Notes: a model not told the origin generated them from the sequence alone. A DNA stretch of 32,000 nt from Pseudoalteromonas translucida KMM 520 (GCF_001465295.1 NZ_CP011034.1:3150001-3182000); one strand, 5' to 3'; positions 21,461 to 30,571 are shown, counted from the first letter of the stretch. Numbers and translations: made by a program.

Positions 21461-21967
21461 TTACCCCAGTATCTCGTCTATGCGAAGACCACGTTTAGCA
21501 GCAATCGTCTGTGGAGAATTCATATTCTCAAGAGCAGAGATTGTTGCACGCACTACGTTGATTGGGTTAGTAGAACCGTAACATTTAGAAAGTACGTTCT
21601 GCACACCAGTCACTTCTAGTACCGCACGCATTGCACCACCCGCGATGATACCAGTACCTTCAGATGCTGGTTTCATAAACACTTGTGAGCCAGCATGACG
21701 TCCTTTAACAGGATGCTGTAATGTGTTGCCATTTAGGTCTACATTGATCATATTGCGACGTGCTTTTTCCATTGCTTTTTGAATAGCAGCTGGAACTTCA
21801 CGTGCTTTACCATAACCAAAACCTACTTTACCTGCGCCATCACCAACTACTGTTAGTGCTGTAAAGCTAAAGATACGACCACCTTTAACTACTTTAGACA
21901 CACGGTTCACCGCGATTAGCTTTTCAGCTAGATCAGGCTGTTGTTGCTTTGCTTCTACGTTAGCCAT
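21461..21967 (-). CDS. rpsE: 30S ribosomal protein S5
   Basis: 168 aa. [57 protein letters not shown] is nearly identical to E. coli S5. Confidence 0.98.
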   Translation of the reverse strand: MANVEAKQQQPDLAEKLIAVNRVSKVVKGGRIFSFTALTVVGDGAGKVGFGYGKAREVPAAIQKAMEKARRNMINVDLNGNTLQHPVKGRHAGSQVFMKPASEGTGIIAGGAMRAVLEVTGVQNVLSKCYGSTNPINVVRATISALENMNSPQTIAAKRGLRIDEILG

Positions 21968-21976
21968 TGTCTACTC

Positions 21977-22327
21977 CTAGAATTGCAAACCGGCTTCACG
22001 CGCAGCATCAGCTAGCGCCTTCACACGGCCGTGATATTTAAAGCCACTACGATCAAAAGCAATCTTTTCGATGCCTTTGTCAGCCGCACGTTCAGCAACC
22101 GCTTTACCAACTGCTTGCGCAGCTGCAACGTTGCCGGTGCCTTTAACTGTTTCGCAAATAGCTTTTTCAACAGTAGAAGCAGCAGCCAGTACAGTACCCT
22201 CAGCAGTAACTACTTGAGCGTATATGTGACGTGGCGTGCGGTGGATAACAAGACGCGTTGTGCCTTGTTCAATATAATTTCTACGAGTGCGTTTAGCACG
22301 ACGTAGACGAGCTGTTTTTTTATCCAT
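21977..22327 (-). CDS. rplR: 50S ribosomal protein L18
   Basis: 116 aa. MDKK.ARLRRA.RTR........[14 protein letters not shown]...[24 protein letters not shown] matches L18. Confidence 0.97.
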
Positions 22328-22336
22328 CGTCTTACC

Positions 22337-22870
22337 TTACTTCTTCTTAGCCTCTTTACGGCGCACATTCTCATCTGAATAACGAACACCCTTGCCTTTA
22401 TATGGCTCAGGTTTACGGTATGCACGAATGTTAGCAGCTGTTTGACCAACTAACTGCTTATCTACGCCCTTAACTAGAACTTCTGTTTGGCTTGGAGTTT
22501 CAATCGTAATTCCTTCAGGAACTGCGAAATGAACTGGGTGCGAGAAACCAAGAGTTAAATCTAATGTTTTACCCTTAGCTGCTGCACGATAACCAACGCC
22601 TACTAACTGAAGTTTCTTCTCGTAACCTTCATGCGTACCAACAATCATATTGTTGATTAGAGCGCGAGCAGTACCTGCTTGAGCCCATGCATCTGTTACG
22701 CCTTCACGAGGTAAAGTTGTAATAACGTTTTCTTCAACTTTTACTTCAACAGCGTTGTTGATAGTACGAGTTAATTCACCGTTTTTGCCTTTAACTGTGA
22801 TTTCCTGGCCTTTTAATGTAACTTCTACACCGGCAGGAACACTAATTGGTGCCTTTGCTATGCGAGACAT
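22337..22870 (-). CDS. rplF: 50S ribosomal protein L6
   Basis: 177 aa, as in E. coli. MSR.AKAPI..PAGVEV...GQ.I..KGK.GEL.R and the C-terminal [25 protein letters not shown] match L6. Confidence 0.97.
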
Positions 22871-22883
22871 AGTTCCCCTCCGA

Positions 22884-23276
22884 TTAAGCTACAAAACCAA
22901 TGATTTCACCACCAACGCCTGCACTACGTGCTGCGCGGTCTGTCATTAGGCCTTTAGAAGTTGATACGATAGCGATACCTAGACCACCCATTACCTTTGG
23001 TAATTCGTCACGTCTCTTATAGATACGTAAACCAGGGCGGCTAACACGCTGGATATTTTCAATAACAGCTTTGCCTTCGAAGTACTTCAATTCGATAGAA
23101 AGCTCAGGTTTTACGTCGCCATTGATTGCGAAATCAGCGATGTAACCTTCATTTTTTAATACTTTAGCTACTGCTACTTTCAGTTTTGAATTAGGCATCG
23201 TTACAGATACTTTCTTCGCTGACTGACCGTTACGGATTCGTGTAAACAAATCCGCGATAGGATCTTGCAAGCTCAT
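22884..23276 (-). CDS. rpsH: 30S ribosomal protein S8
   Basis: 130 aa. MS.QDPIADM/L.TRIRNGQ.A.K..V.MP.SKLKVA.A.VLK.EG.I and the C-terminal GGEI.G.VA match S8. Confidence 0.97.
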
Positions 23277-23297
23277 AGTCTTACTCCCGTGATTCTT

Positions 23298-23603
23298 TTA
23301 CCAGCTAGCTTTTTTAAGGCCAGGAATTTCACCGCGCATAGCTGCTTCGCGAACTTTAATACGGCTCATGCCGAATTTGCGAAGGAAACCATGTGGGCGG
23401 CCCGTAATGTTACAACGATTACGCTGACGTACAGGGCTAGAATCACGTGGTAAAGCTTGTAGCTTAAGTACCGCGTCCCAACGATCATCTTCAGATGTAT
23501 TAACATCACTGATGATAGCTTTTAGTGCTGTGCGCTTTTCAGCGAACTGAGCAACTAGTTTTGTGCGCTTTGCTTCGCGCGCTTTCATAGAATTCTTTGC
23601 CAT
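23298..23603 (-). CDS. rpsN: 30S ribosomal protein S14 (long, zinc-independent type)
   Basis: 101 aa. [14 protein letters not shown]...F..KR..LKA.ISD...[36 protein letters not shown] matches E. coli S14. Confidence 0.97.
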
Positions 23604-23613
23604 AACCCTACCC

Positions 23614-24153
23614 TTATTTCTTGAATGGGAAGTTAAACGCTTCTAACAACGCACGGCCTTCCTCATCAGATTTCGCAGAAGTAGTGATAGTAATATCCAT
23701 ACCGCGTACACGGTCTACTTTATCGTAATCGATTTCTGGGAAGATGATTTGTTCACGTACGCCCATGCTGTAGTTACCACGTCCATCAAAAGACTTAGCA
23801 CTTACGCCACGGAAGTCGCGAATACGTGGGATAGCGATTGATACCAAACGCTCAAAAAAGTCCCACATACGTTCGCCACGTAGGGTTACTTTACAACCTA
23901 TCGGGTAACCTTCACGCACTTTGAAGCCAGCAACAGATTTGCGTGCTTTAGTGATTAAAGGTTTCTGACCAGAGATTGCAGCTAGATCCGCAACAGCGTT
24001 ATCTAGAATTTTCTTGTCAGCTAGGGCTTCGCCCACGCCCATATTCAATGTGATCTTTTCGATCAGAGGGACTTGCATGACAGAGCTGAAACCAAACTTC
24101 TCTTGAAGTTCAGCAACTACTTTGTCTTTATATACTTCATGCAGTTTCGCCAT
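23614..24153 (-). CDS. rplE: 50S ribosomal protein L5
   Basis: The ORF-track start at 24222 adds 23 unsupported residues and overlaps rplX. The ATG at 24153 gives [42 protein letters not shown] (179 aa). That matches the E. coli L5 N-terminus and length. Confidence 0.97.
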
Positions 24154-24169
24154 CATTCTACTCCAACTA

Positions 24170-24484
24170 TTAAATAGTTTTACCAGTAGATTTAAAGATA
24201 CGTAATTTCTTACCATCTTCAATCTTGAAACCTACACGATCTGCTTTACTCGTTTCCGAGTTGTAGATCGCAACGTTTGATACGTCGATAGACGCTTCTT
24301 TCTCAACAATACCGCCAGGTTGGTTCAATTGTGGAACCGGCTTTTGGTGTTTTTTGATCAAGTTTATGCCTTCGACAAATAATCTTCCAGATTCAGTAAC
24401 AACTGAAAGCACTTTGCCGCGCTTACCTTTGTCTTTACCTGCTAGAACGATTACTTCGTCATCACGACGGATTTTTGCTGCCAT
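24170..24484 (-). CDS. rplX: 50S ribosomal protein L24
   Basis: 104 aa, as in E. coli. [24 protein letters not shown] matches the L24 N-terminus with its KOW motif. Confidence 0.97.
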
Positions 24485-24494
24485 GATAGACTCC

Positions 24495-24863
24495 TTACAG
24501 TACTTCTGGGGCTAGTGAAACGATTTTCATGAACTTATCATTACGAAGTTCACGAGTCACAGGGCCGAAGATACGAGTACCAATAGGCTGCAAGTTATCA
24601 TTTAAGATAACAGCTGCATTGCTATCGAAACGGATCAAAGAACCGTCTGGACGACGAACGCCTTTTTTGGTGCGCACAACTACCGCGTTTTTAACATCAC
24701 CTTTCTTCACTTTACCGCGAGGAATAGCTTCTTTAACAGAAACTTTAATGATGTCGCCAATCGCTGCATAGCGACGGTGAGAACCACCAAGGACTTTTAT
24801 ACACTGCACTTTGCGAGCGCCGCTGTTATCAGCAACTTCCAGCTGAGTTTGCATTTGGATCAT
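24495..24863 (-). CDS. rplN: 50S ribosomal protein L14
   Basis: 122 aa. [69 protein letters not shown] matches L14. A strong GGAGG lies 8 nt upstream of the ATG. Confidence 0.98.
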
Positions 24864-25075
24864 GTTAATGACCTCCGGTGTAGTAATTACAACTTGTCTT
24901 AAATTCGTTTAGAATCAAGACATTTCGATTGAAATCCACTCAAAAAACAAGCTAGTTGTCTCTTAAGGGCGGGCAATTGTACCAGCATTACGGGGGGAGC
25001 GGTAGGTTATTTTTTAATTAATTATGAGGGAAAGCTAATTAATATTGAGTAATTACGGCTATCTAGCTATTTTAC
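24864..25075 (-). promoter_or_regulatory. spc-operon promoter and leader region, with a candidate extended -10 promoter at 24976-24984
   Basis: The minus strand reads ...aattaattaaaaaataacctaccgctccccccgtaatgcTGgTACAATtgcccgccc... This is a TG-extended -10 (TACAAT at 24981-24976) with an AT-rich upstream tract and a GC-rich discriminator, but a poor -35 (taccgc). It lies about 105 nt upstream of rplN and just downstream of the terminator of the preceding gene. The promoter assignment is inference only. Confidence 0.4.
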
Positions 25076-25083
25076 ATGTGGTT

Positions 25084-25117
25084 ACAAAACAAACAAGGCA
25101 CTATCTTAGTGCCTTGT
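25084..25117 (-). terminator. Intrinsic terminator of the AsmA-family gene
   Basis: A 9-bp stem, acaaggcac (25093-25101) with gtgccttgt (25109-25117), has a 7-nt loop. On the minus strand it is followed by ttgttttgt. It lies 19 nt after the stop at 25136. Confidence 0.6.
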
Positions 25118-25135
25118 AGATTATTTATCAGGGTT

Positions 25136-27085
25136 TTAGCCAAACAAACCTTTCAATTTATCTTTAAGTTTGTCTTTTGCTTTTTCTTTGAGCTTTTCTT
25201 TTGCTTCTTCTTTAAGCGCATTACCAAAATCAAGCTTAATGCCTACATCATGGAATGGCCCTTTAATGCGCAGTGGTATTTTAAAGCCGGTACTATCATC
25301 GGTTGTACCCTGCCCCTCAATAGAATCCACTATACCGGTTACTAGTCGGTAATTAATAATAGTATTCGGTAAATCTACATCACCTTCGCCTGAAATACGG
25401 ATCAGTGGGCTGATTAACGACAGGTCGTTATTATGGCCCACCCCATTAGTAAACTTAAAGCTGCCCGTTAATGCTGAGAAGTCGGTTTGCTGTGACTTAT
25501 CAAAGCCAGTATCTAGCCCTTCTGATACTGCCCCTACATTACCTTTAAGCAATTCTTTACCTTTGCGAATCATTTCAGCTATATTTGCACCTTTTACTGC
25601 GCCATTAGCAAACTCAAACCCTAGCTCACCATTGAGTGCGTTAACAAACTCTTTTTGGCTTTGCCCAGTTGTGGTTAAGTTCCAACCTAATGAGCCATTC
25701 CCCATTAACTTATCAAACCCTGCGGCATCGGTTAATAACGGTTGTGCATCAATACCGGCTAAATCAAAATTAGTGGTTATTTTATAAGGTGTTTGCTGGG
25801 CATTTATATTAATTGCCCCTTTGCCTGTTCCGTCATAGGCTGCAAAGTTATCTAAGCTTAATTTAGCGACACTATTTTTTAATGTTACTGTAAATTGGTT
25901 TGCACCGAGTTTAATATCATTAGCTTTTAAACCACTTGAGCGTATTACTACATTAGCATCAAGTGCATTTAAGGCACTTAAGTCTATTTTAGTGTCGTCC
26001 CATACAATGGGCTCTGCTGGTTTGGTTTCGTCTGTAGTTGGCTGCTCTTTTTTAGCTACGGCTTCTGGTAAGTATGGGTTTAAGTCAAGCATACCTAAGT
26101 CAATGTCAGCATTTACTGCTAAGCGGTTACCTAAGTTTAGCTCGCTCTTACCTTTTATTTGCAGTGCATCTAATGTGGCAATAAGCTCTTCAAGCTTAAA
26201 TTTCTCACCCGCTAAATGCATTTTGCCATTTACACTAAAGGCGTTAAATGCATTTTCTTTAGCGTCTAACTCTACACCTTGCCATTTGGCTATATTTTTT
26301 ACTGAGTCCCCACTTAGCGCTAACTGACCTTTTATATCTTGGCCTTGTTTGGCAATAGTTCCTTCAAAAGTTAAATCAACTAAACGTGAATCTAAACTTT
26401 GTTGAACATTAAAAGTAGCGCCTTCAATCGCTTTTGCGGGCGTATCTAGCTTTACATCAAGTTCAAAACGCTCTTGCATGTAAGTTATTGCGCCTTTTAC
26501 TTCTAATGTTTTACGCAGTGATGGAAGTAAAATAGCCAGTTCTAAATCACTTATTTGCTGTTTAACCCCGGTTTTACCATCTAAATAAGTAAAGGTACCA
26601 CCATAAATAGCAACCTCTCCTAGCTCAATGTCAAAGTTCTCAGGTAATTTTATCGCTTCCGCTGATCCTGTTTGCTCTTTAGGCTGCTCAGCTACCGCAT
26701 CAAATAGCTGCCAGTTAGCTTTACCGTTTTTATCTGTCTCTAATAAAATATCAGGCTCGTTAATAACAAACTTATCGAGTTTAAACTCCCCATCTAATAG
26801 CGATAGCCAAGGGATATGTACTGCAAGTTGCTGCATACTTGCCATATCGGCGCGCGAGCCCGATTTCATGTTCGCAAAATGTACGTCGTTAAGTTCTAAT
26901 TTTAATGCAGGAAACACGCTCAGCGTTTTATCGCCTTTAATAGTTAATGTACGTCCTGTGGTTTGTTCCACCTGCTCAGAGACTTTATTAAAAATAGCAT
27001 CAGTAGGAATTAAAAAGGGTGCTGCAACAATAAGCGCAATACATAACAGCAGTATTACACCTATAATTTTAAATAAGGTTTTCAT
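25136..27085 (-). CDS. AsmA-family outer-membrane biogenesis / envelope protein
   Basis: The ATG at 27085 has AAAGGA 6 nt upstream and gives MKTLFKIIGVILLLCIALIVAAPFLIP..., a single N-terminal membrane anchor. This is followed by about 600 aa of beta-rich sequence and a C-terminal block (F..L.GSF.F.NGV..N.DLSLISPLIRISGEGDVDL......YRL) that I recognise as AsmA-like. The track's earlier start at 27175 adds 30 residues with no Shine-Dalgarno sequence. The protein is 649 aa. Confidence 0.85.
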   Translation of the reverse strand: MKTLFKIIGVILLLCIALIVAAPFLIPTDAIFNKVSEQVEQTTGRTLTIKGDKTLSVFPALKLELNDVHFANMKSGSRADMASMQQLAVHIPWLSLLDGEFKLDKFVINEPDILLETDKNGKANWQLFDAVAEQPKEQTGSAEAIKLPENFDIELGEVAIYGGTFTYLDGKTGVKQQISDLELAILLPSLRKTLEVKGAITYMQERFELDVKLDTPAKAIEGATFNVQQSLDSRLVDLTFEGTIAKQGQDIKGQLALSGDSVKNIAKWQGVELDAKENAFNAFSVNGKMHLAGEKFKLEELIATLDALQIKGKSELNLGNRLAVNADIDLGMLDLNPYLPEAVAKKEQPTTDETKPAEPIVWDDTKIDLSALNALDANVVIRSSGLKANDIKLGANQFTVTLKNSVAKLSLDNFAAYDGTGKGAININAQQTPYKITTNFDLAGIDAQPLLTDAAGFDKLMGNGSLGWNLTTTGQSQKEFVNALNGELGFEFANGAVKGANIAEMIRKGKELLKGNVGAVSEGLDTGFDKSQQTDFSALTGSFKFTNGVGHNNDLSLISPLIRISGEGDVDLPNTIINYRLVTGIVDSIEGQGTTDDSTGFKIPLRIKGPFHDVGIKLDFGNALKEEAKEKLKEKAKDKLKDKLKGLFG

Positions 27086-27509
27086 GATCGTCCTTTCAAA
27101 TGTGCAAATAATACTCATATCATAGCGAGAGTTATCGCTAAAATCATTGTCAGTACTAAAAAAAATAACTTTCAACTAATTTATTTTTTAATGATGAATC
27201 TACGCGCTAATAATATCAACACTATTTAAATATTAACAAACAACACATACCCGCTTTATAAAAAACAATAAATCATTACTTTTCAACAAGTAATATACAA
27301 AAAGCACACCACCGTATGATTTTCAAACAATCTAATCGAACTGAGTTTTCACCACTTAAGTTAACTATTTTATTGTTTTAATAAATTAATAATTATGAGC
27401 ACTTTAACTGTTGTATTCTTAAGGCTTGTATATGCCTCTGTTGTTATTGCAAGATTTGCGCTAAAATAGACCAGCTAAAAAATGCATCTAACTCGAGGTT
27501 CTACAAGGC

Positions 27510-28673
27510 ATGAAAAAACTGCTAATTTCACCGTCACAAATGTCGCTAGGCGAGCAAGAAAACCAAATATATCAAAACATTCTGAAGCAATCCTCAGAAC
27601 TCAGCCTAAATCTAATGGCCGTGAAAGTAGAAAACCACCCAGATGATTTTTTACTTTGGTGCTATGAACTGCTTAACGCAAGCAAAGAGCGTATGAATTA
27701 CGACTTGCTAGAGCCGCAACAGTTACCGGTACTAAAAAAACTGCACGACCAACTTATTTCTGCTATTAGCTTTTTACAAGTTAAAACGTTACGTGTAGCG
27801 CCTTGGCCTGTAGTAACTACATTTATTGAGCAGCACAAAGATCTTATTGCACTTGATGAGCAACTTCGCTTAACTAGCTACATTGCAAGCATTCGCCCGC
27901 AATCACTTAAAGATATGATCCCAGAAGACTTACTTGCGTTTAGTGGTAAGCACATGGCATCGCTTGATCCAAGCACTTATAACTTTGATGTTGAATGGTT
28001 TGCATCAACTAAAAGCGCTAAAGCGTTTCATCAACTACTGGCCGATATGCCTGATGCGTTTGATGATGCACTTAGCAATATTCCGTTGGAAGGTAATATT
28101 ACTCATTATGAGTACCAACAATTTGTTGCAGCTTACTTAAAAGCTTTTAGCGATGGTAACGAAAAGCCAACGCTCGCTCCAGCAACTCGCTTATTAGCGA
28201 TGCGCCGTCCTGACGTATTTACTCCTATTAGCAATAATAGATTAGATGCTTTATGTGGCGCACTAGGTGTTAGCAAACTAAAAAACACTGACTTTGAGCG
28301 TTACTGGCAAGACATAGTACAAAAAATTCAAACTCTGTCTTGGTTTAAAATGGCTAAAGCAGACAACGAATTAGAAGAGCAGCTGGTAAGCATTAAAGCG
28401 CTTATTCCGTGCTTTTTTTACTATGCCGACACCACAACAGCCGATAGCTCTAATTACATCAAGCTGCTAAGCAAACCAAAGCGTAGTACTTCAGGTACAG
28501 GTAAAACTAAGCGTAGAGGTAAAGAGTCTGCAGAAATTTTAGTAGACCGCGCACTTGCAGCTGACGATATTCCTGAGCATATTCGTAGCAAACGTGATTC
28601 TATTATTAATGAAGTACAAAAAGGTCGTGGAGTTAACGAAACAATTAGCTTAATGCGTACTATTTTTGGTTAA
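27510..28673 (+). CDS. Hypothetical cytoplasmic protein, 387 aa, no family recognised
   Basis: A long uninterrupted ORF with ordinary codon usage, no signal peptide and no TM segment. It has an acidic helical N-terminal half and a central conserved-looking block (TRLLAMRRPDVFTPISNNRLDALCGALGV...FERYWQDIV). A basic low-complexity linker (KPKRSTSGTGKTKRRGK, about 28473-28527) precedes a roughly 45-aa C-terminal tail. The start codon is uncertain because the Shine-Dalgarno sequence is weak. Confidence 0.7.
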   Translation: MKKLLISPSQMSLGEQENQIYQNILKQSSELSLNLMAVKVENHPDDFLLWCYELLNASKERMNYDLLEPQQLPVLKKLHDQLISAISFLQVKTLRVAPWPVVTTFIEQHKDLIALDEQLRLTSYIASIRPQSLKDMIPEDLLAFSGKHMASLDPSTYNFDVEWFASTKSAKAFHQLLADMPDAFDDALSNIPLEGNITHYEYQQFVAAYLKAFSDGNEKPTLAPATRLLAMRRPDVFTPISNNRLDALCGALGVSKLKNTDFERYWQDIVQKIQTLSWFKMAKADNELEEQLVSIKALIPCFFYYADTTTADSSNYIKLLSKPKRSTSGTGKTKRRGKESAEILVDRALAADDIPEHIRSKRDSIINEVQKGRGVNETISLMRTIFG

Positions 28674-28684
28674 TTATTAATAAC

Positions 28685-28719
28685 TAACCTAGCAGCGCCG
28701 ATTTGGTGCAGCTAGGTTA
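28685..28719 (+). terminator. Possible terminator hairpin after the 387-aa ORF
   Basis: A 9-bp stem, taacctagc (28685-93) with gctaggtta (28711-19), has a 17-nt loop that can partly pair internally (gcgcc/ggtgc). It is followed only by atttatg, so the T-tract is weak. Confidence 0.35.
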
Positions 28720-28938
28720 ATTTATGCACCACAAATGTAAAACCCCTTAAAACCTTATCTCTGCACCTCTCCCTCCAATAATTATAAACCATTGTTTTAA
28801 AACAACTAAAACCATATTCACTGCCATAAAGTGAAGCTGGCATATCCCGTGCAATCTTCTTTTCTGTTAAATAATAAAATGCTGCCAAGCTGTAAGCCCT
28901 AAAGCTTTCGCGTGCAGTCATCTAACAGGAACTAAAAC

Positions 28939-29616
28939 ATGCTAAAACTACAAAAAGTCATAACAATAGCAGCACTCTCTTTAGTTAGTGTCGCATCAAC
29001 AACAGCCTATGCTGAAGTAACCGCTAATGTGGCAGCAACATCAAACTACTTATGGCGCGGACAAGAGCAAACCGGTGGTGATGCCGCCATTTCAGGAGGC
29101 ATTGACTACACCAACGAGTCTGGTTTTTATGCCGGTGCGTGGGCATCAAATGCCTCTTGGGCCGATGAGATGACCTATGAATTAGACTTGTATACAGGCT
29201 TTGGTGGCGCAATAAATGAAAACGTGAGCTACGATATTGGCTACATTTATTATGCATACCCTGATGCGGCTTCAATGGCTGATGCTGACTTTTCTGAAAT
29301 TTACGGCAGTATTAGTGTAAAAGGTTTCACCTTTGGCGCTGCCGTATTAGCAACCTCTGCAGCGAGTGGTGATGGTACAGACTTTGCTGACTCACTTTAC
29401 CTAACGGCAGATTATGCTTTTGCTGTTGGCAGTAACGGCACCGAAATAGCATTTCATTTAGGTCATTACTCTGGTGATTTTATTGGTGATGACAATATTA
29501 TTGATTATGGCATAGCAGTATCTAAAGATGGTTTCACTTTTGGTTTATCTGATACCGATATAGATGGCTCTGACGTAAAAGCCTATATTATTTATTCAGT
29601 AGACTTTACACTTTAA
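28939..29616 (+). CDS. TorF-family / Gcw_chp (TIGR02001-like) small outer-membrane beta-barrel protein
   Basis: 225 aa. The signal peptide ends ...STTAYA|EV. The N-terminal motif ANVAATSNYLWRGQEQTGGDAAISGGIDY...GFYAGAWASN...YELDLYTGFGG fits the family consensus as I remember it (SDY.FRG.SQT...PA.QGG.DY..G.Y.G.W.SN...E.D.Y.G). The sequence shows an alternating aromatic beta-strand pattern and ends in a terminal aromatic-rich strand (YSVDFTL). AGGA lies upstream of the ATG. Confidence 0.75.
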   Translation: MLKLQKVITIAALSLVSVASTTAYAEVTANVAATSNYLWRGQEQTGGDAAISGGIDYTNESGFYAGAWASNASWADEMTYELDLYTGFGGAINENVSYDIGYIYYAYPDAASMADADFSEIYGSISVKGFTFGAAVLATSAASGDGTDFADSLYLTADYAFAVGSNGTEIAFHLGHYSGDFIGDDNIIDYGIAVSKDGFTFGLSDTDIDGSDVKAYIIYSVDFTL

Positions 29617-29642
29617 AAATTACACTGTAATTGCTGCAACCC

Positions 29643-29670
29643 AAGAGCCGAAAGGCTCTTTTTTAGTTTT
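29643..29670 (+). terminator. Intrinsic terminator after the TorF-like gene
   Basis: The stem aagagcc (29643-49) with ggctctt (29654-60) has a GAAA tetraloop and is followed by ttttagtttt. Confidence 0.8.
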
Positions 29671-29803
29671 AGCAGTATAAATAACCTGGCCACTAAACAA
29701 ACCACGTTAACAAACCGTTACAATAAAATAATCACCTTATCCTCATTTTGCCTTATGCTATAGCCAGTAATTCCCCCCAAAATTAGGTTATTAAGGAATA
29801 ATA

Positions 29804-30517
29804 ATGAAGTCACCTAACGCGCTAAGCGCACTAATCGATATTTATATCAGCCCAAGCAAAGCGTTTAGTGGCATAGAGCAAGCAAAAGGCTGGTCATGGT
29901 TGGCCCTTATTTGTATTGCAGTTGCCACCGCCGCGAGTATGTTTGTTTTTTATAATAGTGTTGATATACAGTTTTTAATTAATGAGCAAGTAACCGTTGC
30001 AAGTGTTGATGCCACTATTGGCGAGCAAAAAATGATTCGCCAAGCGATTGAACAAAATGCCCCAAATCAAATATGGTTTGGCATGATCGGCGGTATTATT
30101 GGCATAGTAATAATGAATGCTTTAGTCGCACTTTATTATATGTTGATTGCTAAACTCGATCCTAACTCACAGCATAGTTACGGTGCTTGGTATGGCTTTT
30201 CATTGTGGACTATGATGCCTGCGGTTATTTCAAGCCTTGGCACTATCGCCTTAGTATTAATGGCCAATACAGATCAAATTTCGCAACAAGCGGTGTTTAG
30301 TTACGCTTCTATCAATCAGCTCATTGTTGGGCTTGATGCCACACATACTTTTTATACCTTACTAGAATCAATTAATCTGTTCACTATTTGGAGCATTGCG
30401 CTGGGCATGGTTGGGCTAAAATGCTGGACTAATTTCTCAACTAATAAAGCACTGCTGTTTGCAGCCTTACCAAGTATTATTATTTTTGGTGTTTGGGCGA
30501 TTATTGCCGCACTTTAA
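29804..30517 (+). CDS. Yip1-domain / DUF1282-like integral membrane protein
   Basis: 237 aa with AAGGA 6 nt upstream. About five hydrophobic segments are present (WLALICIAVATAASMFVFY, WFGMIGGIIGIVIMNALVALYYMLI, LWTMMPAVISSLGTIALVLM, LFTIWSIALGMVGL, ALLFAALPSIIIFGVWAIIAAL). The N-terminal L.D.Y.SP..AF pattern is typical of Yip1-type bacterial proteins. The family call is from memory. Confidence 0.65.
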   Translation: MKSPNALSALIDIYISPSKAFSGIEQAKGWSWLALICIAVATAASMFVFYNSVDIQFLINEQVTVASVDATIGEQKMIRQAIEQNAPNQIWFGMIGGIIGIVIMNALVALYYMLIAKLDPNSQHSYGAWYGFSLWTMMPAVISSLGTIALVLMANTDQISQQAVFSYASINQLIVGLDATHTFYTLLESINLFTIWSIALGMVGLKCWTNFSTNKALLFAALPSIIIFGVWAIIAAL

Positions 30518-30571
30518 TTATTATACAGAGGTAAGTTAGCCTCTACACATTTTCACTCACGGACCGATAAA

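Noticed and set aside
16581-24771. Numerous antisense or out-of-frame ORFs overlapping ribosomal-protein genes and secY, for example 16581-16766, 17877-18116, 18338-18628, 18758-18990, 19642-20812, 20850-21113, 21431-21619, 22031-22449, 22755-22949, 23265-23453 and 24529-24771.
   Set aside because: Each is fully embedded in a strongly supported conserved gene on the other strand or frame. Their low-complexity, Ser/Thr/Cys-rich translations are typical of shadow ORFs.
25076-27125. Plus-strand ORFs opposite the AsmA-family gene: 25076-25345, 25170-25352, 25563-25787, 25992-26327 and 26628-27125.
   Set aside because: They are antisense to a 649-aa gene with clear family features. Their Ser/Leu/Phe-rich translations mirror the repetitive coding strand.
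27395-27469. A small hydrophobic ORF (MSTLTVVFLRLVYASVVIARFALK, 24 aa) lies 40 nt upstream of the 387-aa gene. I considered it as a leader peptide or a type I toxin-like peptide.
   Set aside because: There is no Shine-Dalgarno sequence (the upstream sequence is aataaattaataatt) and no associated antisense or terminator structure. Short ORFs of this size arise readily by chance. It would be worth revisiting only if ribosome profiling shows initiation there.
28712-28921. A 69-aa minus-strand ORF in the gap between the 387-aa gene and the TorF-like gene.
   Set aside because: It starts only 15 nt from the TorF-like gene's ATG, inside that gene's likely promoter and RBS region. It overlaps the upstream hairpin, has no Shine-Dalgarno sequence, and has an odd Cys/Arg/Tyr-rich composition. 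It is most likely chance.
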